A stretch of DNA of 31,863 nt from NCBI GenBank assembly GCA_004431415.1, contig QPMI01000012.1:1-31863 (forward strand), written 5' to 3'. Source of the DNA: Cyanophora paradoxa CCMP329. Lineage: Eukaryota > Plantae > Glaucophyta. The notes under the pieces are model-generated. The model had not been told where the DNA came from. It ran no database searches and was given only the letters and a program-made list of their open reading frames with translations. Position numbers and translations under genes: made by a program. Shown here piece after piece: positions 20,601 through 31,671 of this stretch (positions within the stretch are counted from its first letter, which is position 1; every line of letters starts with the position of its first letter).

Positions 20601-23600
20601 ACGGGGAGGGCCCGCAGGGCGCGGTGGACGGCGCCGGCGCACTCGGGGGCGGCTTCGCTCCCGAGGAGGGTGAGGAGGGCGCCGAAGACGGCGGCCTGGC
20701 GGGCGGCCGGCAGCGCGGCGTACCAGCCGCCGGCGCCCTCGAGGGCGGCGAGGGCGTCCAGGCGGACCGAGACGCGGCCGGGGAGGTGGTGCCGCCCTGC
20801 GGGACGGCCGCCTCGGCGGGGCTCGCGAGGAGGCCGAGGAGGGCGTCGAAGAGGGCGCGCCCTCGTCCCCTCGAGCGCTCCGGCCGCCTCCGGGCGGAAG
20901 GCGACCGCAGCGACGGCGGAGAGGAGGCGGGCGTCGCCGGCGGCGGCGGCCGAGGCGGCGGCGGCGGCGCGGGGCCGACCTCCTCCAGGAGGGGCGCCCC
21001 GAGGGCGCGGAGGGCGGGGGCGGGGCGGGCGGCGGCGAGGGCGGCGAGGAGGGCGGCGCGGGCGTGCCAGCCGGCCGGGCCGTCGAAGCGGAGGGCGAAG
21101 GCCGCGAGGAAGTCGACCACGTCGCCCGCCACGTCCGACGCCGGCGCCTCCCTGCGAGCGAGCGGGCGGCGAGGCTCAGGCGAGCAAGCGGGAGCAGGCG
21201 GGCGGGCGGGGGGTACGCACTTCTTGCCCCTGCGGGCGGACGGGGGCGGGGCCGGGGCGGCGAGGCGCTCGGCGAGGAGGCGGGGCAGGGCGGCGGGGTC
21301 GGCGGCGAGGGCGTCGGGGCGCCGGCGATGACGGCGAGGAGCGCGTCGAGCGCCGCGTCGCTGGGGCCCTCCGCCGCGCACTCCTCCTGCGCCGCGCCGC
21401 GGCCGCCCTTGTCCGACGCCGAGGCCGCCTTGCGGCTGGAGCCCTTGCGCGCGCTGCCCGCCGCGGCGGCCGCCTTGGCGCGCGCCCGCCGAAGAAGAGG
21501 TGGAGGGGTGGGGCGGCGGCCCCCGCGGGGCGGCGGGGGCGGCCCCGGGGCGGCCGCCGGGTCGATGGCGAGGCGGGTGAGGAGGCCGAGAGGGCGGCGG
21601 CCGGCTGCTCGGCGGCGGCGGCGGCGAGGCGCCCTTCAGGAGCGCGGCGAAGGCGGCGGCGGCGCGGCGGACGGGCCGCTCGGGGCCGCCAGCGCGACGC
21701 AGGCGGCCGGGAGGAGGCGGGCGGCGGCGGGCCCCAGCGCGGCGCGGGAGCCCGGCTCGGCGCGGGCGGCGGCGGCGGCGGCCTCCTGGGCGAGCTGCAG
21801 GCAGCGCACGCGCACGTTCGCCGGCACCTCGGCCGCTGCGGGGCGGGGCGTGAGCCAAACCGAGCCGGGCGGGAGGGGGGGGCGGAGGCGGGGCGCACGG
21901 TGGGAGGCGATGAGGAGGGCGAGGAGGTCGAGGAGGCGCCCGGGGGCAGGGTGCGGGCCACGGCGTCCACGCACGAGCGCGCCTCGCCCTCGAACGAGGC
22001 CGCCCCGCACAGCCCCGCCACCAGCTCCTTGAGCACCGGCAGCGCCGCGCCGGCGGCGGCGGCGGCGGAGAGGGGCGCGGCGGGGGCCGGGAGGGGCGGG
22101 AGGCGGCCCAGGGCCGCGCGAGGCCGAAGAGGAGCGCCTCGCGCTCGGCGTGCGCGGCGGCGGCGGCCGCCTGCGCCGGCCGCAGCGCCCCGCACCCGAA
22201 GAGGGCGGCGAGGGTCTCCAGGGGCGGCAGGCCCTCGGCGGGGGCGAGCCCCGCGGCGGCCGCGCGGGCGGCCTTGAGGCAGGGCCGCCGGCGGGGCCGG
22301 CGGCGGGGCCGTCTCCCAGAGGCGCTGGAGGGGGGCCAGGAGCGCCGGGCGAACTCCACGGCGGTCCCTGGGTACGATGTTAGGCGGGGGGCGGCTCGGG
22401 GGCGGAGCGCGGGCTCGCACGGTCATCGTGGGCCTCGGCGGCGGCGCGGGCGAGGGCGAGGGTCGCGAGGGCGGCCGCGGGGCCCGTCCCGGCGGCGGCG
22501 GCGCGGCGAGGGGCGGGATGCAGGCGTCGGGGTCGGCCGCGGCGGCCGCGGCGAGGCGGCGGATCAGCTCGACGTTGACGCAGAGGCCCTCGGCGCGCGC
22601 CTTGCACGTCGCCCGGCGGCCGCCCGCCTCCCCGCCCTCCTCCTCCTCCTCCTCCTCCTCGCCGACGCGGCGGCGGCGGCCTCGGCGGCGGCTCGAGGGC
22701 GCCCTCCAGGCCTCCGAAGAGGCGGCCGGCCCGCCGAGCTCGGCGAGCTCGGGGCCTGCTGGACGCAGGCGCGGCTGAGCTTGGCGGCCGCCGGCGTCCA
22801 CGGGAGCCGCTGCAGCAGCAGGCGCGCCGCCTCGGGCGCCGACTCCGGTGGGCCTTGGCCACGGCGCGAGGGCGTCGGCCGCCGCGGGGCTCGAGCCGGC
22901 GGGTCCCGCCAGCGCGGCGAGGAGGTCGTCGGCTTGCAGAGGCGGGCGAGGGCGGGGTGGCGGAGGGCGCGGCGGGCGACGCGCGGCTCCTCGTCGGCGG
23001 CGCGGCGGAGGAGGGCGAGCCGAGCGCCTCGGCGTCGCCGGGGGCCGGGTCCTCGGGGACGCGCTCGAGGGCCGCCAGGCGCACGCCGGCCTCCGGGTGC
23101 TCGAGGCGAGCAGGAGCGTCGTGCCGGCCCCGCCCGCCACCGGCTCGTGCCGCGTGCCGGCCAGCGTGCCCGCACCAGCTCGAAGACCCGCTCCCGCCCC
23201 GCCGCCGCCTGGGGCCCTCCGAGGGCGCCGCCGCCGCCTCCTTCTTGCCCCGGCGGGCGGCGGGGGGCGGCGCCTGCGCCCAGGGCGGAGGCGATGGCGC
23301 GGTCGAGCTCCTCGGGAAGCGGAGGCGAGCAGTTGGAGGAGCTCCCCCGAGACCTCCTCGTCCGCCCCCGCCCGCCCTCGCCGGCCGCGTGCCGCGCGAG
23401 CACGGCCGCCGCCGCCGCCTCCGCGTGGGGCCGCAGGGCGGCGGCCGGGAGGCCCTCGGCGAGCTCGCGGAGCAGCGCGCGGTAGTTGGCGTGGCGGTAG
23501 CAGTGCTCGACGAGGTGCGCCAGGAAGGGGCCGAGGAAGGCCCCGATGGCGTGCCGCTCCGAGAGGGCCGCCAGCGCCGGCGCCAGGCCCGCGAACTTGC

Positions 23601-24872
23601 TCGCGAAGCGGAACGCGTTCACCGAGAGCGCCCCCGGGCCCTGCGTCTGCGCCCCGCGTCGGGAGGCCGCCGAGAGACCGGGGCCAGGAGCGAGGCGCAC
23701 CTCGCAGAGGAGGACGAGGCAGGTGAGGGCGGCAGGGCTGTCGGCCGCGTCCTGCGGGGCGTGCTTCGCCAGGAGCTCCCCGAGGGTCGCCACGCCCTTT
23801 GCGTCCAGCGGCGCCCTCGTCGCGATCGCCCCCAGGATCATGTACGCCGCACACTGCGCCGCGGCGCGTCAGGCGTGGCGCGGAACGCAGAGGGGGCGAG
23901 GCGGACCTGGAAGTCGGCGTGCCCGAGGCGCGGAGGCGTCGATGACGAGGGGAAGGACGCGGGAGACGAGGTCCGGCTGCGGCCGCCCCACGCGGTGCAG
24001 CACCTCGACCACCAGAGCCACGGCGAACGAGAACGAGGTCGCCCCCGCCGTGCCCGCGCCCACCGCCGCCTGCGTCTGCGCGTCCTCAGCGCCCCGCTCG
24101 CACGCGTCGCGCGCGCGCGAACGGCGGCGGCGCCGCGCACCGACTCGCAGACGAAGGAGAGCAAGCCCTGGTTGCGGATGCACTCATTGACTAGCACCAC
24201 GCGGCTGATCGGCGTCACCGGCCCGTCCCGCTTCTGCTGCATGCCCTCCAGGAACGCGAACATCGTCCCCCTGCGCCGCACGCGCTCAGCTAACGCGGCG
24301 CGCTCGTGCGGCGCCAGGCGGGGCGGGGCCGCACGGCAGGCGCAGGATCTGCACGACGCGGACGAAGATGTTCGTCTCGTGGTACGGCAGGATGCAGCGC
24401 ATGACATCGTTCACGTTGTACTCGTTGACCCTGCGCGCCGGGGGCGGCCTCAGCTAAGCCCCGCGCAATGTGATCGCGATGGGGTAGCGCTGCATGCGCA
24501 CTTGAAGCGGCGAACGAGGTACTCGAAGACGCGGTGCGCCGGCTTCTGCAGGAAGTAGTTGCTCAGGAGGCGCAGAACGCCAGCGATCGCGTCGTCCAGC
24601 TTCTTGTTCTCTTCCTTGGTCTGCAGCTCGCGGTTCGTCTCCTTCGCCTTAGCGCTGAACAGCGAGCGCTCATACTCCTGGAAGCGCGCATCTAGCTTCT
24701 CAAGCTCCCGAGGCCGCCGAGGCCGAGCGAGTGGATGCTCTCGAGATCGAGTTCTGCAGCCTCCTGGGGCGTGAAGAGGATCGACGCCTTGCCGCGGAGC
24801 CAGGGATCGGCGCCGGCCGACCGCCGCCTTGGCGCTCAGGCCGGCGAGCTGTCGCGCTAGGTCGGACGCCAT
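16775..24872 (-). CDS. UTP10: U3 snoRNA-associated protein 10 / HEAT repeat-containing protein 1 (multi-exon)
   Basis: N-terminus MASDLARQL...LFSAKAKETNRELQTKEENKKLDDAIAGVLRLLSNYFLQKPAHRVFEYLVRRFK|VNEYNVNDVMRCILPYHETNIFVRVVQIL. BP28CT-type segment LVMKLSEREFRPLFLRALDWA...RAIAFYRLLGSLAERLKAIFVPFF. C-terminus WKPLNHALLMATRS...LLPESIPFLAELMED...GESLQRYLSG*. Many short introns. Internal frameshifts are probably sequencing errors. Confidence 0.95.
17395..17660 (+). repeat. Poly-G / (gggggggcggaggcggga)n tract in an enlarged UTP10 intron (17356-17680)
   Basis: The intron is bounded by CAG|GTCTGT (17680) and cctaac...cgcag|GCGCGCTTTGAT (17356). It contains G runs of more than 30 nt and three approximately 18-bp units. 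Confidence 0.75.
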
Positions 24873-24981
24873 TTGTACCCCCTTAAACTTCGTCCTCTGG
24901 GGTGTTGCCACTCCACTACGTACCCTTTTGCACCACGTAGCAGAATCGAGTTGGACGGGCCTATTACATGATTGCGGGGCC

Positions 24982-25079
24982 CGTGCCCAAATCCGCTTTG
25001 GGCACGTCGGGGCTAGGGCGGCGTCGTGCCCAAAGGCCTGGCACGGCGGGTAGAGCAGCGTCGTGCCCAAGTCGTGCCC
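24982..25079. promoter_or_regulatory. Cluster of CGTGCCCAA motifs in the divergent UTP10 / gene X intergenic region
   Basis: Forward copies at 24982, 25025, 25062 and 25073 (partial). Inverted copies at 24997-25006 and 25039-25045. The cluster lies 110-210 bp upstream of the UTP10 ATG. Function is inferred only. Confidence 0.35.
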
Positions 25080-25602
25080 GCGATGGCGGGAGAGCAGCCT
25101 GGCAGCGCGGCAGGCGGGGGCGTGCAGGCTCCAACTATGTGGTCGTTCTGTGTGTACTTGCATAGCGAAGTTGGCAATCCAGCGGAGTGCTTGCCGACGA
25201 TGGGCAACATGGTCCCAGCACCGCTCATACCGTCGGCGGAGCCCATATTCAGGAAGCTGGTAGACAGGAAGCTTCTTCGTCCGGAGATACAGCAGATAGA
25301 TCAGCTGCGCTTCTGGCAGTGCTGGCGGGGAGCTACTGTGCGACTCTATCATGACGTGCGAGTCGTACTGCCGCGTGCAAGCAACGCCGATCGACTGATC
25401 TGGACTCGGGCATGCGCAGGAGTTCGCCGTGGTGGTCGAGGGAGGGCCCGTTACCCTCATCGTCGCGCCGGCCAAGTAGTGCAGCCCGACCTGGCGCACT
25501 ACTGCCGGTAACTTCCGGTCGACAGAAGCAGCTTGCGACGACTAGAAGGGAGCGCGCACGCATATCTAGACCAGCCGCGGTCTTTCGGACCAGCGCGCAT
25601 CC

Positions 25603-26828
25603 ATGGAGAACGTCAAGCGCACCACGCTGCCCGCTGGCGCAGCGCCGTTTGAGGCGTTCGAGGAGGAATTCAAGAAGGCGCTGAAGACCCGGCGAGCAAA
25701 GGGAACACTGGCACGGCAATCGAGCGGGTCCGCTCGCTTTCGGTGATGGTCCTCGCGCGACCGACGCCCGGCGGCGCCGCGCGCAGACATTGTTGAAGCT
25801 CGGCTATTCGGATGTTAGCCTCGAGAAGCTGGAACCCGGTGAGCGGCCGCGCCGGCGCGCGCTGGGCGCCGCGCTGGCGCTGCGCGCGCATGTGCTGACC
25901 CGATGCAGCCGAGATTCTGCGCCAGGACGTTTCAGCCTACACGAAGCAGGTCATTCTCGGTCTGCAGGTCCGCTCAAAAATGCCCTCGCGACGCGCGCGC
26001 GCCGCCGCCGGATCGCGGGACCGGCCCGGCGGGCCCGGGACGAGATTCGTGCTGAGGCGCGGGCCGCGGGGCCGGGGCGCAGGGGAAGGCGCTGGTGACG
26101 AGCTACACGAACCCGCCGCAGCGCGTGCTGCTGGAGCAGATGGAGCTGAAGGAGATCCCCCGCAACGTCTTCTCGACCATCCGCAACCCGGACCCGGCGC
26201 AGCCCTTCGTCTTCTACCAGGCGACCAGGAAGGTCCAGCCCACCCCGGAGTGCCGCATTGACGACTTCGAGAAGATCTGCATCGACACCATGGCGCGCGC
26301 GCCCCTGCGGCCGCACCCCCGCCCCGGGCCCCGCCGCGCTCACCGCACGGGCCCGGGGCGCGGGGCGCGCAGAACGTGGCGGCGGCGCCGCTGCTGCCGA
26401 TCGCGCGGGAGGGCGAGCAGGCGCGGGTGCTCGACGGCGAGGCGGCGAAGAAGTACGGCGGGGCGGAGCTCATCGTCGCCGGCCGCATCACGGCGCGCCC
26501 CCGACCCCGCAGTACCCCCCTCTTCTTCCCCCCGCTGACCCGGGGCGCCGAGCAGCTGATGGCGCCGGAGGTGGCGCTGGCGGAGGCGAAGGCGGCGGCG
26601 GGGCAGGGCTCCTCCTCCTCCGTGCCCCAGGTCCGCCTCCTCGCCCCCGCCGCCTAGGTCTGGGAGCCGGGGCTTCGGGATCTGTCGAGCACCGCACTGC
26701 CCGGCCCCTCCCTGCCCGCCTGGTTCGGGGCCCCCGCTCAAACTCCTCGCGCCGTGCGGCAGGGGCGGGCGACGGCGCACGACGCGGCGCTCGTGCTCGC
26801 GACCGACGAGGCCGGCGACGCCATGCAG

Positions 26829-26862
<34 letters not shown>

Positions 26863-27345
26863 CCCATCCGATCCGAGCCTCCCTCCCCGGCCGCGGCCCG
26901 CGCCTTACGCCCTCGCTCCCGCTCCGCGCCAGGTGGTGATCGGGTCGGACCCGGACTTCGTGCTGAACACGCTGCGGGACCAGAAGCGCCTCGCCTCCGT
27001 CGAGGCCTTCCTCTACCTCAAGGTGCCATGGGACCAGCTGGCCCTAGTAAATGGAGCTCAGAGTTGGATCCAGCGCTAGCTGGCGCGGCGCTTGCGAGGG
27101 CCGCCACTCTGACTCGGGGCGGGCCCCGCCCCCCGCGCCCAGGCGGAGGAGCTCTCGGCCTCCGAGCGGCGCGACGCCGTCTTCATCAAGGTGCTGCCCC
27201 GTGCATTTCAAGAGGAAGCTCTCGCTGAGGCCTCTCTCTCTCCCAGGTGTGGCCCGTGGTGCAGCAGATCCTGCAGGCGACGGGCCAGACCGAGCGCCTC
27301 GCCGCCGGCCGCGAGCGCGCCGCCCGCCTCGGCATCACCAAGTAG
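25603..27345 (+). CDS. Gene X copy 1: hypothetical protein, 10 exons, about 310 aa
   Basis: Exons 25603-25727, 25787-25838, 25909-25967, 26083-26292, 26373-26492, 26556-26630, 26763-26828, 26933-27022, 27143-27190 and 27247-27345. Exons are much better conserved than introns relative to copy 2, and the phases are compatible. One 1-bp indel in exon 1 is corrected by the consensus of the two copies. Two introns have GC donors (26293, 26493). Confidence 0.8.
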
Positions 27346-27404
27346 TGGGCAGCTCGCTCCGTTCTTCCTTTGAAAGGACACGGGACCGGGAGACTGCGCT
27401 CGAG

Positions 27405-27640
27405 CTGGATAACCTGCGCACGCCGCGGCTCGATCTAGCTCGCGCGCCCCGGGCCCGGGCCCGCGCGGCGCTGAGCCGCGGAACTCTCGCCGCTTTCGGC
27501 GCTGGGCGCTCCGCGGAAGCAAACCTTTGGCTCGCTGTTAATCAGCACGCAGCGCGCCTTTCCGTCGCGTCGATGAAGGAACGCGCGAGTCAGCGGGGCG
27601 TCGGACTCGAACCGCCCCAGCCCAGGCCCAATGAAGCGGA
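27405..27640 (-). pseudogene. Deleted remnant of zeta-tubulin (exon 2 region plus upstream flank)
   Basis: 27405-27593 aligns to 31384-31558 (still encodes DGKARCVLINSEPKV) and 27596-27640 aligns to 31819-31861. The equivalents of 29635-31383 and of exon 1 with the ATG are deleted. Confidence 0.85.
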
Positions 27641-27850
27641 TGCGCTCGTTCTTCGATTCAGAGCTGCACAGGGCCGCCAGCGACCGTAGCGGGGAGCGTG
27701 ACTTTTCGGTGCACGTGGGTACGGCACGCGTACGTCTGATCGAACCGCTTCTTTCAGGTCTATCCTCTCGAAGGAGCGCGCAGTGTTCTTTCAGTAAGAA
27801 GAAAGCGCACACGCAGATCTAGACCAGCCGCGGTCGTTCAATCATCGCGC

Positions 27851-29578
27851 ATGGATGGACGTCAAACACTGCCGCTAGCGCTAGCGCCGCGCCGTTCGAG
27901 GCGTTCGAGGAGGAATTCAAGAAGGCGCTGAAGGACCCGGCGAGCAAAGGAACACTGGCACGGCAATCGAGCGGGTCCGGCCGCTTTCGGTGATGGTCCC
28001 TCGCGCGACCAAGGCCCGGCGGCCGCGCGCAGACCTTGTTGAAGCTCGGCTATTCGGATGTTAGCCTCGAGAAGCTGGAACCCGGTGAGCGGCGCGCGCC
28101 GGACGCCGCGAGGGCGCCGCGCTGGCGCTGCGCATGCGCGCGCATGTGCTGACCCGATGCAGCCGAGATTCTGCGCCAGGACGTTTCGGCCTACACGAAG
28201 CAGGTCATTCTTGGTCTGCAGGTCAGCTAAAATGCCCTCGCGACGCGCGCGCGCCGCCGCCGGACCGGGGGACCGGACCCGGGACGAGATTCGTGCTGAG
28301 GCGCGGGCCTGCGGGGCCGGGCCGGGGCGCAGGGGAAGGCACTGGTGACGAGCTACACGAACCCGCCGCAGCGCGTGCTGCTGGAGCAGATGGAGCTGAA
28401 GGAGATCCCCCGCAACGTCTTCTCGACCATCCGCAACCCGGACCCGGCGCAGCCCTTCGTCTTCTACCAGGCGACCAGGAAGGTCCAGCCCACCCCGGAG
28501 TGCCGCATCGACGACTTCGAGAAGATCTGCATCGACGCCATGGCGCGCGCGCCGCTGCGCCCGCACTGCGGCACCCCCGCGCCGCCGCGCTCACCGCAGG
28601 GGCGCGGCGCGCGCAGAACGTGGCGGCGGCGCCGCTGCTGCCGATCGCGCGGGAGGGCGAGCAGGCGCGGGTGCTCGACGGCGAGGCGGCGAAGAAGTAC
28701 GGCGGGGCGGAGCTCATCGTCGCCGGCCGCATCACGGCGCGCCCCCGACCCCGCAGTACCCCCCTCTTCTTCCCCCCCGCCGCTGACCCGGGGCACCGAG
28801 CAGCGGACGCCAGCTAAGGCGGCGTGGGTCCGCCTCCCCGCCGCGGCGTCCTAGACCTGCGGAGCGGGGCTTTAGGGGGCCGGATCTGGGGAGCCGCCGG
28901 CGCCGATCCTTGGGAGACGTCCGCCCGATATCCGGGACCGCGAGCCTCGACGCGGCCTAGGGGACCAGGGGACTACTTCGCATTCCCCAGGCCCCCTCTG
29001 CCCGCCTCGCTCTCACGCTCTCACGCTTCTCCTCGCCCCGGGTGGCAGGGGCCGGCGACGACGCACGACGCGGCGCTCGTGCTCGCGACCGACGAGGCCG
29101 GCGACGCCATGCAGGTCCCGCCCCGCCGATCCGAGAATAGGACTCGCCCCTCCCCGGCCGCGCCACGCCCCTCACCCCGCCCCAGGTGGTGATCGGGTCG
29201 GACCCGGATTTCGTGCTGAACACGCTGCGGGACCAGCAGGGCCGCGCCGCCGCCGAGGCCTTCCTCTATCTTAAGGTAATGGGGCTTAGAGTTAGATACA
29301 GCACTGGCGCTGTGCTTGCGATGGCCGCCCCTCTGACTCGGGGCGGCCCCTGCCCCCGGCGCCCGGCTCGCCCAGGCGGAGGAGCTCTCGGCCTCCGAGC
29401 GGCGCGACGCCGTCTTCATCAAGGTGCTGCCCCGTGCATTTCAAGAGGAAGCTCTCGCTGAGGCCTCTCTCTCTCCCAGGTGTGGCCCGTGGTGCAGCAG
29501 TTCCTGCAGGCGAATGGCTGGGGCAAGCGCCTCGCCGCCGGCCGCGAGCGCGCCGCCCGCCTCGGCATCACCAAGTAG
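27851..29578 (+). CDS. Gene X copy 2: paralogue of 25603-27345
   Basis: Same exon-intron structure and near-identical core exons (SYTNPPQRVLLEQMELKEIPRNVF...). Exon 6 is shortened in frame to 24 nt (28804-28827, RTPAKAAW). Stop TAG at 29576-29578. The start may be 27851 or 27855, and there are indels in exon 1. Confidence 0.75.
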
Positions 29579-29687
29579 TCGGCAGTTCGCTCCGTTCTTT
29601 CTGTGAAAGGACACGGGACCGGGCGACTGCGCTCCAACCCGAGGTCGGGCTCGGATCGGGCAGCTGAGATGAGGAGGCGGGCGGGGG

Positions 29688-31671
29688 CTAGGCGACGAGG
29701 GCGCGGTAGGCGGCGGCGGCGGTCGCGGCCTCCTCGAAGGCCGCCTCCATCTCCTCCGCCCCGCACCCGTACCGCCCGTACCTGCCCCGGGTCACGCTCG
29801 GGCCGGGCCGGGATGGGCCGCGGCCCGCGGGGGCACCAGTGGAGGTAGGCGCGGGCGTCGAACATGGCGCGCGCCCGCGAGAGGAAGTGCTCCAGGAGGC
29901 CCGCCACCCCGCTCCGGTTGCTCACCTGAGGCGCGCCGGAGCGGGGCGGGGCGGGGCGGGGCGGGGCGGGGCGCGTGAGATTCAGGGCCGTCCTCTATCC
30001 CGCGGCCCGGCCGGCTGCGCACCGCGGTGACCACGGGCGGAGGCGGCGGCGCGTCCGCCGCGCGCTTGGAGGGGGCGGCCGACTTGGAGGGGGCGGGGGC
30101 GGAGGCCTCGGAGAAACGGACGTCGAAGGGAAAGGGGTTCCAGGGGACGCTGGGGTACGCGTGCAGGAGGCGGGCGCGGGGCCCCGTCCCGGCCGCGTCG
30201 GGCGGGCGGTGGCGGGAGTGGCCCGGGGCGAGGCCGGGCCCTGCGGCGAGGGGCAGGAGGGAGCGGTACAGGGCGGCGTCGCCCCGCACGAGGAGCTGGG
30301 TGGAGAGGCTGACGAGGGGCGGGCCGGAGCCGCCGCGCTCGTACCCCGCGTGCCCGACGAGCAGCTCGTCGAGGGCGGCGAGGGGCCGCGGGCCCGAGGC
30401 GCGGGCCTCGAGGAACTTGGCCGCTGGCAGCGGGCACAGCGTTGCGACCAGGTCCCCCGCGTCGTACGGCCGCCACGGGCCCCCGGGCCCCTGCCGCGAG
30501 GGGTACAGGATCCCCGCCAGGCAGCCCGCGACGTGCCGGTTCAGGTCCCGCGTGGAGACGCGCGCCCCTCCCCACGCTCCCCCGCCCCCCTGCGGCCCGG
30601 CCTCCCGGCGCGCCAGCACCCGCTGCGCGTCCTCGTTCGGGAAGAGGAGCACGGCGTCCGCGTGCCTTTGGCGGAATGGAGTCAGATGGAGTTTGGAGGG
30701 AAGGGAGGGAGGGGGGTACGCGCGCGCCTCTGGAGCCAGGCGATGGTCAGGAGCGCGTTGTACGACTGCGTGGGGGTCTCGCCCTGAGGGGGCTACGAGT
30801 TTCAGGCAGAGGCGCCGGGGTCTGGAGGGTTTGGGGGCAATACGAGGGGTACGGTTTGCGCGCCTGGAGGAAGGGGGCCACGGAGACGGCGGTGATGTAG
30901 TTGGGGGGGTACTCCTCCCGCACGGCCTCGACCAGGCGCGAGCCGACGCCGGCGCCCGTGCCGCCCCCGATGCTGTGCAGCAGCACGCACCCCTGGTACC
31001 AGTCGCACCGCTCGGCCTCCCGCCTCAGCGCCGCCATCGCCCGCCCCACCAGCGACCGCCCGTTCCGCTCTGCCGCGCGTGCGCGCGTCCTGGTCAGCCG
31101 GGCGGCGGGCATGGGCGGGGCCGCGCGGCAGCACCTTCCTCGTCCACATTCCCGCCGCCCGCCCCCGCCCCCGCCGACGGCTCCCAGTACCCCGACTTGT
31201 AGTATCCTGCGGAGCGGCGCGCGCGGCGCTCGGAGGAGCGCCCCCGGGGCGGGACGGGGCCGGGCGGGGCGGGAGGGATCCAAGAGCGGGCGCACCGAGG
31301 GCCCAGTTGTTGCCGCGGCCCGACTGTTCGTACGCGACGTTCCCCGGGCGGAAGAGGTCGCCCCCGGGACCCTTCAGGAGGCCCTGGATGACCTGCGCAC
31401 GCCGCGGCCCGCCCCCGCGCAGCGCTGAGCAGCGGAACTCTCGCCGCTCCCGTCGCTGGCGCCCACCTTCGGCTCGCTGTCGATCAGCACGCAGCGCGCC
31501 TTCCCGTCGCTGTCGATGAAGGAACGCGACGCGCTCGCGCTGCGTACGCGCGAGTCAGGGCGCGCGCCACCATCGAGCAGCGCTCGGGTCGCACTCGGCC
31601 TGGACGAGCCGCCACCACTCTCCACCGAGCTGATTGCCGCACTGGCCGACCTGCAGGACGACCGTGGACAT
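29688..31671 (-). CDS. Zeta-tubulin (eta/'cryptic' tubulin; delta-like subgroup), multi-exon
   Basis: MSTVVLQVGQCGNQLGGEWW, ARCVLIDSEPKV, SGRGNNWALGY, RREAERCDWYQGCVLLHSIGGGTGAGVGSRLVEAVREEYP, GETPTQSYNALLTIAWLQRHADAVLLFPN, ARAMFDARAYLHWYGRYG. From recalled family alignments, EWW, DSEPKV, GRGNNWA, GE(S/T)PxQxYN and WLQR fit zeta, whereas delta has DMEPKV, GSGNNWA and GEVIVQNYN. Confidence 0.8.

Noticed and set aside
17510-24558. Very long ORFs (up to 1198 aa) on both strands
   Set aside because: These are shadow frames of extremely GC-rich, stop-poor UTP10 exons and introns. The R/P/G/A-rich translations have no domain signal.
16775-24872. UTP10 as a pseudogene because of frameshifts
   Set aside because: UTP10 is an essential gene and both termini and the splice signals are intact. 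Indels appear to fall in homopolymers and affect all genes in the window, which points to sequencing error.
24873-25499. 209-codon in-frame upstream extension of UTP10
   Set aside because: Homology begins at MASDLARQL (24872). The extension has no recognisable similarity and overlaps the probable promoter.
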